DNA of 62,908 bases, counting the filler, from Choristocarpus tenellus KU-1152 (taxonomy: Eukaryota > Protista > Phaeophyceae): the NCBI GenBank assembly GCA_964200185.2. It is 6 parts of 6 records of this genome, joined end to end, with 100 filler letters (N's around TTAATTAATTAA, not from the genome) between each part and the next. Parts side by side here need not be neighbours in the genome. Positions count along the whole stretch, not along the records: positions 27,550 to 44,615 come from CAXNAD020000727.1; positions 44,716 to 49,497 come from CAXNAD020013087.1; 4 more parts are not named here. One strand, written 5' to 3'. Positions 33,801-47,244 of this stretch are shown here, piece by piece. The notes under the pieces were generated by a model that worked only from the letters and a program-made list of their open reading frames with translations, did no database searches and was not told the DNA's origin. Numbering within the stretch: the stretch's first letter is position 1; each line of letters begins with the position of its first letter. Both the position numbers and the translations under genes were made by a program.

Positions 33801-36800
33801 TGATTTGGACAAGACAAGTGATTCAACAAAGGATACATTATATTCTCAAGCCTAAACAAAGAAAACAATGACATCAAGACGATCATGTCCAACCCCCCCA
33901 TAAAATCACTCGACACCACCCCAAACAAGATATTCCTCTTGTACAACAATATATTGCAACGTTTAGCCCACCTGCACATGCCCTTTTGCTGCTGCTCTAT
34001 GGAGAGGCGTTGTCTGAAAGTGGTTGCATGCATTTAAATCTACCCCTGGAGGAGGGCTAGCAGGTGAAACTGATATGTTCTTCCCACCCCCCTCTCCATC
34101 ACCCCTCTTCTCTTCATTGCCACCAAAGTCCCAACCCCAATCACCAGAACTTTCAGCGCCCAACTTAATTTCCACCCCGCCCATGTCCTCTTCCTCAGGA
34201 AGGGTCTTGAAAATTTTCCCTCCATATCCCTGCTTCTGTTTCTTTTGGGACTTCAACAGCACAGCGATAACCTCATCATGACCTTGTGAGCATGCTCTAT
34301 GGACTGGTGTAAACTGATATTGAGGTGGGGGGGAGGGAAGCACAGACACACGCATAGAGATGTTTGAGGCAGATGGATCAAGTGACAGTGGCAAGTGTAT
34401 TACACAGAAGAACGAACCATCAGTTGCGTTGTTGAGCAGGATGCTTTGTAAGCAGATGTCACAGCAGGACAATTGCCTTCCCTGCTAAAGGTGTACCTCT
34501 GCAGAGCAGAGTCATTTTGCTAGAACAAGGGCTGGCCGTTCTCCTCCCCTGCCTCACCTAACCCCATCCTCCATCTAGAGCCGTCCTTCTGTGGCTCCTT
34601 GTCTTGGTCAAAAGGACCCTCAAACCTAGCCAACACCCCAAGCATCAGACCTAATCCATGCCCTCTATATGAATACTGCTCCTGCTGCCACCTTTCGCCT
34701 AACAGGATTATTTCCCTTGTGGTCTACTCCCCCTACTCCCGCGGTTTCAGTTCCCCCTCTGCATTGACCACCTCCCTCCTCAGACAACCCACTCCATGTT
34801 ACAGTCATAAACCCCTGCCATTCACTGTCCCTCATCCTGTCTCTGCCCCGGAGCTTCAGGGTTTGTCACAGAGTCCAACCCAGGGATATCACCTTCCAGT
34901 AGTCCTGGGCTTCCACCTCTGCCCCGTGGTCAAGGAGGGCCGAGACCACTGCTGTGTGTCCACCCTGGCAGGCGAAGTGGAGAGAAGTGTTGCCGTTCTC
35001 ATCCCTTGCACTTGTCTGTGCACCCCCATCCAGGAGCAGCGCCACACAACGCTCATGTCCACCCCGAGCAGCCCACATGAGTGGAGAGTTTCCATCATAA
35101 TCCACACCCTTGTCTCACCAGTTACGTGGTGGAGCAAGGCGTACAGGGGGGAGGGAGGGGGAGGGGCATGGCATTAGTTCATTGATGGCGATCCACACGA
35201 GCGTGCTCTGGTTAGCAAGATGGACAGGCGAGACATGGTTGTTGCGAGGGAGAGAGGCATGGTGGAGTGGGGGTGCAATCAGTGAAAATCTTAGTATTAG
35301 GACAAAATGTGCCTCATGGCGTGAAGATTTCTCTTCCAGGATCTCCATGTAGATAACATCAGCACAAATCAGAAATGGCATAGAATAAAATGTTGACCCT
35401 ATGGAGGGAAGAACATTATGGAGGCCAGGTCAGGCCAGTAAAATGACAGCCTTGTGGTCGATTTTTTACACTCCCTGACATTTTCTCAGTTTTAACACCT
35501 CAACTTTAGGGGTCATGTATTACTCTCACAAATACATTCGTAGATGAAAACAAGCCAACTGGCAGGCATAAATCATGGTACAATAAATGTACACAATGCT
35601 AAGCTCTCTTGGCTGCTCTGGCAAACCTTTGCATCACTATCGTCCCTCCCCTCCCCCCCCCCATCCCAGCTCCTGTCTTTGTGGAGCAGTTGGTTGCCTT
35701 ACTCACCCACGCAATAGCATTCAGCACTCTGCAAAAAACAGAACCACCAAGGAGAGGTGATGAACATCTATGGAGGTGTGTACTGGGCACAAAAAATCCA
35801 TCAGTCCAAGTTTGACATAAATATTAGACTCAAAGTCTAATATTGACATGCAAGACAACTACAACAAAGTCTGGAGACACAAACACGTACTTTGCAACCC
35901 TATCTATCATACAAATACCCCACAAACGACTTCCTCATGCAGGGGAATGTCAACTGCACCAAGGCACAGGCACCCCGGCAAAATCTTGTGCCATGTGTGC
36001 ACCCTTAACTTCAGACAGAAAAAAAATAACCTCCTGCTGTGTTCGTGTGCTCACATCAACTTCTGCTCGGTGCCCCAGAAGAACTGCAATCACGTCCTCT
36101 TTCCCCATTCTTGCAGCCCAGTGCATGGCTGAGAGTTCCTCCTGATCCATCTCATCTGCATCAGCACCCCCTTCTAACAGCACCCTTGCTATGGATGTGT
36201 GTCTGATGTGGCGGTAGGTGTGTGTAACAGCTGCAGTGAGGTGTGTGTCAGCAATGCGAGGTTTTGCAGTGAGAAAGGTGGTGGGGGCGGCTCTGAAATG
36301 TGAGCCACAAGTAAGGGTGACAGGGATAGAGGTGTGATGGGTTGAAAATATGTCCTAATATACAAGGCATTCCAATGGGTGTGGGGTTGTTGTGGTGTAG
36401 GCGCCAGTACTATGGGTGGAGTTGCAATGGTTGAGAAGGCCTTTGCAAAGGGGAGATGAATGGAGTGACGGTTCGGTGCTTGATAAGCGAGGATAGTTGG
36501 TATGAGAAGGGTCACTGGAATGACAAGATATACTGCTGGAAAGAACAGTGTCATTCAAGTTAGGCACGACGAGGAAGGCAGAGAGGAAATGATGAATGAC
36601 CAGGGCAGGAATCCAGACTCATTGTAACATACGTCAAGTTGTAGGGTGCAGACACCTTGCTAAGTATGTTGACTCCAGTCACGCATTCAGGTTTTTCTGT
36701 TGGGGAGGTATATGACGGGATAGGCAGGACAAACAAACCTACTAGTGGCATCATTCTCACCCTAACTGTGCCGCCCACATGAGAGGGGTAAGACATTCCC

Positions 36801-37498
36801 GACGGTCACGAAGGTCCGGGTTCGCTCCTTCCTTCAGGAGCAGCTCGACTTGGTATGCGCACGGATGTTTGTGCAAGGGATGGTGAGGCATCAACGAGAA
36901 AAAGAGAGAGGGGTGTCCCCCATGGAGCAAGATCTTACCAGCGTTCGATAACCTTAGAGCTGCGAAAGCTGAGCCGGGGATGGGGGCGGTTTATCTTACC
37001 CACAGATTGGTGCCCCCTCATGCTAGCGAGATGGAGCATGGTATGACCTTCCAGCTAAGACACGAAACAAAGAAGGAGAACCGTTTAGGAGTTGGGAATG
37101 AGATTCGCTGGGACTGAAGGGCGCACGGTGGTGTTGACCATGCTGGGCAAGTTCAACTTGGGGAGGATATGAACAAAGGTCACACCACTTGAGCAAGTTG
37201 GCACTAGCAAGAGAATGAAGGACTAAAACTTACCATCCTAATATCAGTGCTAGTGGCACGAAGTCGGATGAAAAAAACTCAAGAGAAGGGATAGAGAAAA
37301 CATCTCTTGAGCCATCACTCTCACGACATATTAGCCTGTCTTGACCCCTCACACACACACCTTGTGCTTTTTATCGGGGTTGCCCCCATTTTCCAGGAAT
37401 TTCAACACAGCATCGACATTGCCACTCTCTGCAGATCGAAATATATTGGGACGAGAAGACCTAGGCGGTGGGACTTTCTCCTCCTTGGCGACTCCCAT
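30831..37498 (-). CDS. Multi-exon ankyrin-repeat protein with a long low-complexity C-terminal tail
   Basis: ATG at 37498 (MGVAKEEK...IFRSAESGNVDAVLKFLENGGNPD). Later exons: GHTMLHLASMRGH, SAMHWAARMGKEDVIAVLL, GNSPLMWAARGGHERCVALLLDGGA, GNTSLHFACQGGH, TPVHRACSQGH, TTPLHRAAAKGH, NTPLHWACKHGH, GLTPLRLA. Large last exon ~30831-32160; exact 3' end uncertain. Confidence 0.88.
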
Positions 37499-38291
37499 TA
37501 TAGGAAGAAGATAGAACCCTGGCCAAGTAGAAATAGCAGTGGCAGCACACTATTGAGGACAATCGTACCCTGTTGAGTCCTCAGAGTGCACGCTTATTGA
37601 TTGATTTGGCAGTGTGGTTACCTATACGGCTACAGTGACTGCCAAACTTCCACTGCCCTTGCCACAAATAACTAAGCAAAGCAACTACTCTACAACATCC
37701 CATCTCCTAATATCTCCTAATTGATTATGTACTACAGATTACTTAGTAGTAGGATTATTTGTATTGTGGGAAGTGTAAACTTTGATAGGATATTCAAACA
37801 AATCAAAAATTATCACAAAAATTATTACCCAACAATATGACGGACACCTTTCTTGGGGTGGATGGGAGATATTTTTTTCAAAAAGCAAACCATGACGTAC
37901 TTTAGATGTTGGTGACCACATCCAACCCACATCCCGCACACATGGGATTGGGTACAAAGTATCTCCAACAAAGGAGTGACAATATTTCAAAACAACACAT
38001 AATAAGAGTTGTAAGTAGTAGTATTATAGTACTTCCAAATAATATATCGTATGTCAGAGGGGTTGAAGGTTGAAGTTGAAGGAGGAGCAGTATTTTGGTT
38101 TGAACCAGATGATACGATATCGAGTTCGACAAAGTACACCACCATAAACAACAGTGTCAAGGTATTTTAACCCAGACCATACGCAATACGTAACATCACA
38201 GTTCCTAGGTACGGCGACCCTTGTTACTTCTATTGATTAGTAGTAGTGCCAAGTACGTAGGAAGTAGATGTGTTTAGGTGGCTGATTGTGG

Positions 38292-38519
38292 TCACTTTCT
38301 TTCCCAGGTGAGCTGCGTCTGTTGTGACTTCCCAAGTTCCCAAACTTCCATGATGAATGAGGTGTTTGGTTCCACATGCCCTTCACACATGTACCTGTAC
38401 CAACTGCTTTTTAGATCTTCTGCATGTATGTACGTACGTAAACCCCGTTTTTCACTTGGGATGTCAAAACTCCCATCAAGGATTTTCTTGGAGGTACTGC
38501 ACTGCAACCTTCCTCCCAT
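38292..38519 (-). pseudogene. Possible degenerate SET/PR-like fragment
   Basis: YIHAEDLKSSWYRYM...EPNT resembles the SET/PR motif YIDA.D...NW.RY.N...EPN, but catalytic residues are not conserved. Confidence 0.25.
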
Positions 38520-40129
38520 ACATCTTATGGGTGGTATTCAGATTGGATGGACTGAGTGTGACGCTGAAAATTTCTTCTTTGTTCCCTTTTTCCCGGTCAC
38601 CTGGCGATGCTGATGGAATTGTTCACACCATTCAATGGTGACAATCGATGCGTACATTATATGCACGTGTAACACACTGCCAACCATCACAATGTGTACA
38701 CTCGGTCAAACAATATCCTCGCACAGGACGAATCAGAGTGAGGGCTGGTCATATCATCTGGTTCCTCATGAAAGGTAGGCACTGTTGGACTTGTCAATGC
38801 CAGCAATCTGTTACGACGCACAACCCTAGTGTGGGTCAAAAAGGAGAGGCCTTTCATCTGGTAGTTGATATAATGTGATAGGCAAACATGACTTGTAAAA
38901 CATACTGACACCTATTAAAAAAAAAACATATTGACACTTTATCCCAGTCAATTTTGGGTCAAGCCCATCCTCAATCCCTCACTCCCTTCTCCACTTTTCT
39001 TTTTTTCTGTTCGTTTTNNNNNNNNNNGTCAAGCCCATCCTCAATGAAAAGCTCCATCCTCAATTTTTGAAATCGGCTGTTCGATGTCTACAATAGGACT
39101 TCATCCCTGTACTCTCTTACACACTCAACTTTTTTGTAGCAAGTCTGATGATCTGTCACACTCGCTAAAATGATATTCAGAGTACCTAGAAAATTAGATG
39201 ACCAGAATTATTGTTACAGCTACTCACTAAAAATGTGTTCTAAACTGTGTTAATGGCGTCTGCCTGTCCCAGCTTTTATTGGGTGACTGTGCATTATGCT
39301 TGGGTGTTTCTCTTTGTTGCCCCTTTTAACTACATAGAGCCTTCCTCTTCCATTTTCTTGATTTCTAGAGAATTGTATGTTATTTCCCAAGAAGAGTCTT
39401 ACTACTTCTGCACCTTTTTGGGCCCATCTTTGGGAATCCTCAAACCACCAATGTGAAGATAATATTACTTGTCATCAAATCAACCCAAAAGCAGTGCAGG
39501 TGCATAATATTACTAGTATGTTGGAGGACGTTTTATCAGGTCAGGAAAAAACAGGAAGGGACCAGTCAAGAGCTGGACCAGGTTTCAAGGTTTCCTTATG
39601 TTCACACTACACATGTATGCACCAACCTTAAACGTTCTGCCAGGCCCACTTTTCAGATGACAGGTTCAGTAATAAAGAAGAGGCTGAGGGTATCTATCTG
39701 AGCTGAAGAAATGACATTTAATATTCCCACATGTATTTGGGATATTTTGGGACATTTTGTACTGGGTTGGCCCTACCTATCTTGACCTCGACTTTCCACC
39801 AAAGTACTTTTTATTCATTGTTGTCGACTATTTCAACACAGCCACACTCTGGGCCGGCCCAGGACCAGTATGTTGACAGGTTCAGGCCACGGACTGGGAC
39901 GCAGCCATGCTAACTGCCTGGACTGATGAAAAACCCTGGGATCTTGTCACCCATACCACTAAAGTGAATGGTTCTTTTTGGAAGTACTGTAACCCTATTT
40001 GGTCTACGTTTTTTTGTTTTTGTACAGAATGGAGTTGGGCTTTTTGAGTATCATATTTCCCCACTTTTTGGGGTCAGACGGGGGATCATGAAGTTTGGGG
40101 CTGACACGTGGCACAGGATCAAAACAAAT

Positions 40130-40365
40130 GAGCCAAAGTATCTTAGAGGGTAGGGCCTCGTCCATTTGGGGGCCAAAATCCAATGTTGCGATTTTGATGT
40201 AATTTTGGTTATCGTGTTTGTTGGGAAATTTCATTATCCTTGTTCCGAACACACCTTTTCCGAAACATTTTGGAGTAGGAACATGTCATAAAAATACGCC
40301 ATGGGAAGTCAAGCCCGAAATGAACAAACAGGGCAAAACTCGTACCCTCTAAGATACTTTCACTC
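40130..40365 (-). mobile_element. MITE family A, copy 4 (236 bp)
   Basis: GAGCCAAAGTATCTTAGAGGGTA...TACCCTCTAAGATACTTTCACTC with a perfect 4-bp TSD AAAT (40126-29 / 40366-69). Confidence 0.95.
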
Positions 40366-42716
40366 AAATTGCATTCTGTACCAACCATCAACTCCAAAAT
40401 GTGTGTCAAAATTGTTGAACTACAGGTAGTAGGTAGAGCGTTCTGATTGCACAGTGGTTCGTGGAAAATGCTTCAATTTATACTGGCGGTTTGTACCCCT
40501 TCAACACCAGAATGTTTATGAAGAAAAATAAGGTTTTGATTATTCAAAGTTCATGTGACAAGTGCTAGAGATTGTATACCTGTAATTTTCTATCATCTGC
40601 TACTGTGTTAGTATCACAAATTGTGAGAAACTCAATCAAGGCGAAAAGGAAGAATATTGAGGTGGGTCCAACACAACAAGAAGATTCGAGCGAGGAGGCA
40701 GAACAACGACCAGTGGGATACTAAACCCAAACAGTGAGAAACAAGACACGAACAGGAGGCATGTGCAATTAGTTTTATGTACGTGCAACAAACAGTTATT
40801 TAGAGTAGGTGGCAAGCATAGTATGAGAAGTGGTGCCTCTGACAATGGGTTGGTATAAATCCCACGCTAAAATGACTAAAAAATATGTATATTTCGAAAT
40901 AGTGGAATAGGAGGGAAGGGGACGTCTGACAATAGTTACTATAAGTTGAAACCTGGGATTGAATGAATCGTGCTGTTGCACGGTGGCAGGTTGGTTGTGA
41001 TGAAGGGGTGTCACAGTGCAATGAAGCACCGGTGAATTCATGATGATGAACCTAGTGACATGATGTGCATAGCCAAAGGTTATTTGGTAACATGTTGTGG
41101 ATATTATTTTGAGACGCTGAAAGGAATAAATTTATGCTCTAAGTAAAGGCTTGAGTTGTGCGTATTCCTAGAGATGCTTGAAGGAAGAAGTACATGCTCT
41201 GAGTAGAGGCTTGGCACCTTGTGAAGAAGGGTTCTGATGATGTGAAGATCAAAGAAGACGAATGTCAGAGAGCATAATAATATAATGTTTGGGACAATTC
41301 ATATGGCACATACGATGCTTATATGTTTGACAGATCTCGACTGTTCCATATTTCCTATGCACCATGATGTTGTAACAATATTTGATTATTATGCTATCTA
41401 TGATCAGGTGTTAATGATGTAAATGTCAGTAACGACGAGCACCGATGTGCGACTCGACAGTCAGTATGAACCGGTAATACTGTATTTTATATATTATGCC
41501 CTCTGACAGTAATCCTGTATCGTATCAAGTACACAAAAGATTATTAGCCTATGTTTTAACACTACTATACGAATCAAATATGTACCACTTCGAGTGTAGT
41601 GGTAACTAGGAATATCTTAAACACGTAAGAACAGTTTAGTTTACTTGAGTGCAGCAGAGAAGGTGGAACAATGCCCATGAGGCAAGACAGATGCTGCAAT
41701 AATGCCGGCCTCCAGAATAGGAAAAGCACCATTCATTATGGTAAAGATAGATGGGCCAATAAATAAGTTTGGTGATGTGAAGTGCGAGAAAATTACGAAA
41801 GAGGAAGCCGAGGTCTCTTCTCCTTTTCCTGGTGCAGGCAACGGCGCAGCACATCGATCTGTTGTCAATGCAAAGTCAACCCAACTGAGAGGTAGGCGAC
41901 GTTTGTTGCATTTTAAGGATCCCAACAAAAAATAAAATATGCCATTTTGCGCAAGTCCAGAAAGAGCCTTTACTTCATTGTGGTGTCACTTTGTGCGTGG
42001 ATAGGGTGTACACTATTGTGCTCATAAAGCAATTAAACAGAATATATTGCACAGGTTAAGAAAGATGGCTTAGAATACAAAAAGGATCTAAACCCTCCTA
42101 CCTCTCGATTGATTTGGCTCTGCACGCATTGAGATCAATTTCAGTTCTCTTCCAACAAACTTCACTCACCACGATAAAAAGTTCCGAGACAATGAAAATA
42201 CTTCCAACCAAGTAAAACGAGCAGAGCAAGGACATCAGATGCCATCTTGTTGTGTACTTCCCCATCCTCATTATTTGACCAGTACTCATACATACCCGAC
42301 CCCTCATAAATTTGGAGCCAGTTCTCAAGGGAATTAAAAAGATGTTTACTCTGGCAACAAGTGACTGTGGCAGGTGGTGGTCTTTCATTTGGCTGATACC
42401 TCGATTCATCAGGACCACACACGTTGATCAGTTATTCCGCTGGTAAATGAAACTGAGGATGAAGTTAGTTGGTCAGTGGAGCCAACGTATTAAGGAAGTG
42501 TACACACAGATGCATAATCAATTGTGAAAATGCCTGATATTCCTGGGTTGCACGAGGACCATTGTGGGGAGCAACATCCTTTTACTGTGAGTTGGCCTTC
42601 AGGAAGAGCTGGGCATAAATTCGAACAATGTAACCCCGTTCCTACAAGGCATTTTGCTTTCCCACAGCCTTGGCAACAGTACAGCCTTCAAGCCTTCTCA
42701 GATTACCGAAACTGGA

Positions 42717-42907
42717 GGGTCAAAGTATCTGTGGGGGGTGGGGGGGTGTCGGCGTCCGTTTTTCACCCTGTTTTCGATTTTCACTTTTTTGGTGTGATTT
42801 GGTCGCACGTGTTGGATTTGAAATGTCAACAAAAAAAAGTTGTTTGACCGAAATGGACACCCCCTCACAAACCCCCCCCCCCCCCCCACCCCCAGATACT
42901 TTGACCC
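42717..42907. mobile_element. MITE family B, poly-G/poly-C subtermini
   Basis: Perfect TIR GGGTCAAAGTATCTG / CAGATACTTTGACCC with a 3-bp TSD GGA. Confidence 0.9.
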
Positions 42908-43337
42908 GGACACAGAGCAAGATGTATCCAGTATGGTTGCCACCCATATTTCTACATTTTGAAACAAAAATTCTCTCTGTTAATGACACTTGCGATGTGT
43001 GTGGTGAAAACCTCTTTATACGCAAACAGGTGCACACGACCAGTAATGTTTACTGAGCACTTCAAGAGTCTAAGAAGTTGTGGCAAGGTAGGGCAAAAAG
43101 ATGTCTGACTTCAGCTTGTAAAGATGCCCTTCCAAACTACCACAGACACCTCTCATGACATCCAGCACAAAGCTGCAAAACCCAGCACATACAGGCATGC
43201 TATTGGTACCTCAACAGCATTAGCTGAATCTCCTGCCAACCCAAGGATCGCCACATGTCAGCACCACATGTGTGCTTGAGAACATCTTGACCATGCATGC
43301 ACAAGATGGTTTAACATTCACAGCCATTGCAACTCTA

Positions 43338-44499
43338 TCACGATGCTCCCACTTCAGCGGCCACAATGCGAGGCTGTGGGGGAATGACTTCGGCCTTCTT
43401 GACACTCTTGATCATGCCATACTCCATGAGCCCGTTCTTAAAGGCCTGGTGCATGCGCTCAATGCACCAAGCATCTCGAACTGTCTTGTAATACGAACGG
43501 GGCACCCGAAGCCACGGCCATGGGCGCACAATCCCAACCCACACTGCACAGGAGTTAATCACAAAAGACATTTATGGGTTGTGGTGGCAGGGTAATGGTT
43601 GAAACACACACGGGCTTGATGTGGTTGCAAGAGATACATTGACAATTTGCAAGAGCAAGATCGTTGAGATACAAACTGTGACAAAGTGGACTATAAATCA
43701 CATCAAATGGCTATCATGCAGGGGACATACTCTAGTAGTGCTGTGAATCGAAAGCATTCATAGTTGCATGCGTTCAAAAAAATCAGAAGTTTTATAGACT
43801 CGGTAATAATCAAATTGTGCACAAAGCACTAAGTATTGAGTGTAGCCGGGCTCCTTGAGCGGAGCACACAAGCACACGAGAAAGTAACCAATCAAGAAAA
43901 ACCTCTCCATTTCTTGTTTCAATTGATAGCAATGTAATTGAATCATCCCGATTGAACCGCTGCAATCACAGCAATACACAGCGATAAGTGTACATTCAGA
44001 TGCAAAACCTCTCTCAACACCCCTACCACAGTGAACGACCATAGGTGGCTGCTTGTATGCTATAGAAATGAGGTAATTTTCAGAAGAGAATCTACGTAAG
44101 ACAATGCAATCTGCCACAACCTTGAGTATGCTGTGACGACTACCTATGGAAAGGGTTATTGCGCACACACGACCTCAAAAACACCATATATCACAAGACA
44201 CTGCTTCGCCAACATTCCCAATCCTTCTGACTCCCGACCCCTGGTGGATACAGTTTATAGGCTAGAGAAAACTTGCTGAATAGCAAAGATACGGCTTTGT
44301 GTTCTGAGAAAAGTTTGTTCCAGTCAAAAACTATTCTGACTTCGGTATGCGGTAAGCTGAAATAAACATCCGCGCTCTAATCTAACATGCCCGAGACTAA
44401 CTCGCCTGAGTGCCTCCAGGTAGGGAGAGTCTCCTCTGCCCAGTCTGCACTTTCAACCTGCTCTAACTCGCCTGTACCCTCCATCAGCTTGCCATAATC
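43338..44499 (-). CDS. Cyanobacterial-type MPBQ/MSBQ methyltransferase (tocopherol/plastoquinone synthesis), last two exons
   Basis: Exon 44499-44406 (DYGKLMEGTGELEQVESADWAEETLPTWRHS) plus exon 43543-43338 (VWVGIVRPWPW...YYKTVRDAWCIERMHQAFKNGLMEYGMIK) match the algal/cyanobacterial C-terminus DW...T..SWRHSIWVG..P...YKT.R....ERMH.AF..GLM.YGM. The 5' part is lost at the contig end. Confidence 0.8.
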
Positions 44500-44615
44500 C
44501 TGTACCAAAATTAGCATAGGAGGCAGAGGCAAAAGGGGGGGGGGGGGGGATGGGGCCATGAAAGATCCAGAGAAAATACTCGCCTCATCTGCGGGCACAC
44601 CAGATACAAACATGG

Positions 44616-44715
44616 NNNNNNNNNNNNNNNNNNNNNNNNNNNNNNNNNNNNNNNNNNNNTTAATTAATTAANNNNNNNNNNNNNNNNNNNNNNNNNNNNN
44701 NNNNNNNNNNNNNNN
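44616..44715. other. Artificial contig spacer
   Basis: N-run with TTAATTAATTAA. Confidence 0.98.
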
Positions 44716-45276
44716 GTCCCCCCCTACGGTTAGGTTGCAGTGTCGACACCTCAGTAACTGAGGTATTATTTAGAAGACCATCAACCTCCAATGACAGGTC
44801 GTAATTGAGGCATGCTCTCTTTTCAGGCGTTTGAGAGTGCCCCAGACTCATATCTCCAGTTTCAACTGATGGATATCCATAGCGACTGGGGTCGTAAGGT
44901 ATTCGCTGAAGCATTTCACAAGGATTAGGAAATCAAGTCCAAGCAAAACCTGAGGGTACTCTGTAAGTTTCCTGGTGCCTACGAACTGTTTAGACAATGC
45001 AGGTCTATGTTGAGACTTTCTACTGTACTATAGTTAACTATACAACGTTTCTACTCTGTACTATACAATATACTCTGTATACACTATTACAGTATATCTG
45101 CATGTTATTTGTACTATTGTAGTGCTCGTGCTCTCTTCTTGTACATGTAGAGGGTATTATTATTTATGGTAAGATTGAGATGATGACGCAAAATATATAT
45201 GTATCACCTAGACGGATGTAAGCGTTACAATCATCGTGCGTTGTCGTGCAGCAACACGCAGAGTGTTTTGATACGG

Positions 45277-46193
45277 TCAGTTCGTCTTGACCTCCGCATT
45301 CCCAAACACGCGTGGAAAGGACTTCACCTTAAGAGTTATCTTTATCAAAAGATCTCTCTTTGTCATCCTCGTTGTGGCCTCCTGCATGTCAAATTTGTGC
45401 CATCTATCTTTCCAACCGAGCTCGACTCTCCTTTGTTCGCCAATAATTCTTTCCACGGGAGGTTCGTAATATTTCCAGGAACCACGGTATTTAAATGTAC
45501 CGCTCCTAACACGGGGCTGCTCACCTTGATATGTGGCATGAACCACACGAATTTCCTCTCCGACCCTTATGTTCTAACCACCTCTCATCGCAGTAGTCAC
45601 CATTCTACTTGAACTACACATTTTTGAAGGTCGATTCGGTTCAATCCCCCTGTTCTTAACCTTTGACGAGGGAGCCCAGTATACTATCCTCGTCTCATCA
45701 CATTACGCAAATTTATCCCAAGCATTTCATACATGACCCGGCCAGGAGATTTTAAAGCTGTAGGGGTGCTCTATCGACTTGAATTGTTCTTCGTACTGAA
45801 TCGTGGCGAGGTCCACTACAGCAGAATCGGGACAGGCCGCTCTTTGATAGGCATCTCCTTCCATTGTTCGGAAGAAGATAGTATTGTCAGAGCATGCGCG
45901 CCTTTCATTATCGTGTAAGCGCTCAATATATCCCATTCCTTCTTCCTTTTGTCAGGACCTGGTTGTTCAATGGCAACGATTAAATCTCCCATGGAGCCTC
46001 CACATCTTCGAGCGGGATTGCCTAATGGCGAATTCAGTAGGGCAGGCATACACCAACACCTCAATGTGAGTTTGTAGACCCGTTTCAAATCACTTGCGGA
46101 AAGAGGTCGCCATTGGATTGATCCTGGGATGCGGTAGATTACGAGTTTCGAATCAACATTGGGGTTATGAGTATTACTGCGGGCATAGGGCAC
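45277..46193 (-). pseudogene. Unidentified decayed coding exons with weak SRA/YDG-like resemblance
   Basis: Protein-like frames LVIYRIPGSIQWRP...KGAHALTILSSS...ILL*WTSPR and NIRVGEEIRVVHATYQG...GTFKYRGSWKYY, with internal stops. Confidence 0.25.
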
Positions 46194-47244
46194 ACCCTAA
46201 CATTGAACAAGGCAAAAACATAGTCTTGTTAGCTGTGCCGGAATTTCCGAATGTCAGGCCATGTATGCCTCCTGCTCTACAATTAGGACTGTTGTGCAGA
46301 AAGGTGGATTGCCCATGAGTGCGATCCCCCTCCGCTGACACAGGTTCCACGGGTATAGAGTATGTTGGGAGTGTTCTTACCCACCACTATCTCTTGTCCT
46401 GTCAGAAGAAACTCCTGCAACTCTCTCATACACGGCACACAAAAAAATTAAAAATATTAAAATTGGGTTGTATGTTTCAAACTTCCGTGTGGAAGGGCGT
46501 AAGGTTAGGTGAGAGAATACATTGTGTCGACAATTGTACATGGAAATTGTGGGAAGACGAATTACAACATCACGTTGATATTCAGAGAATAATCTGTTCA
46601 CCTTGCCGATCCCAGTTCATTAGTATAGAACTAGAATTTGTGTAATCCGCATCAAATGCAATGTCAAATTTTGCCCATCTGCTAGTGCTCATTTGATTTT
46701 GCTGATTTTAAGTAGTTTCTACGGGCATATTTTCATTGTCTATTTATCAATGATCATTGCTGCTGCTCCAGGTAATTGTGTGCATAACACCCTTTGATAC
46801 TGGCATCCGCCAAATAAGAATCTCACTATGGTTGTGCCACGAAGGAGCTCCTCTCATTATGTGTTTGCCCATATACGATTTTCCCATTTTCTTGGGAATA
46901 GAAATTGATACGTGCAAATGCTAAACACATCAAGAGATCAATTTTCATGTTGTGTGACCACAGTCTTTGAGATTGGTTGGGTTGGTCAACTTGACGAGTC
47001 GGTGCCAATCATCTGATTGGGAAAGAGAAAGAGGAAGGAGTCAAGGGAGAAGTTCAGGGGGCGATCTAACCATTTGCATAGCCGATAGTATGTTGTTGGC
47101 GAATGGGATATATTCAATGAGCTTCCTATACTAATGTGCCAGGGAAATGAATTTCACCCCTTCATTAAACATATCTTCTTGGAGAGAGGGTTGTGGCCCC
47201 CATAACCATCTCATATATATATAATATATATATTCTGTTGTCAG

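Noticed and set aside
38958-39063. Direct repeat GTCAAGCCCATCCTCAAT on both sides of a 10-N gap
   Set aside because: Most likely a scaffolding overlap artefact.
41636-42422. Several overlapping 70-100 aa ORFs
   Set aside because: No recognisable motif or consistent strand and exon chain.
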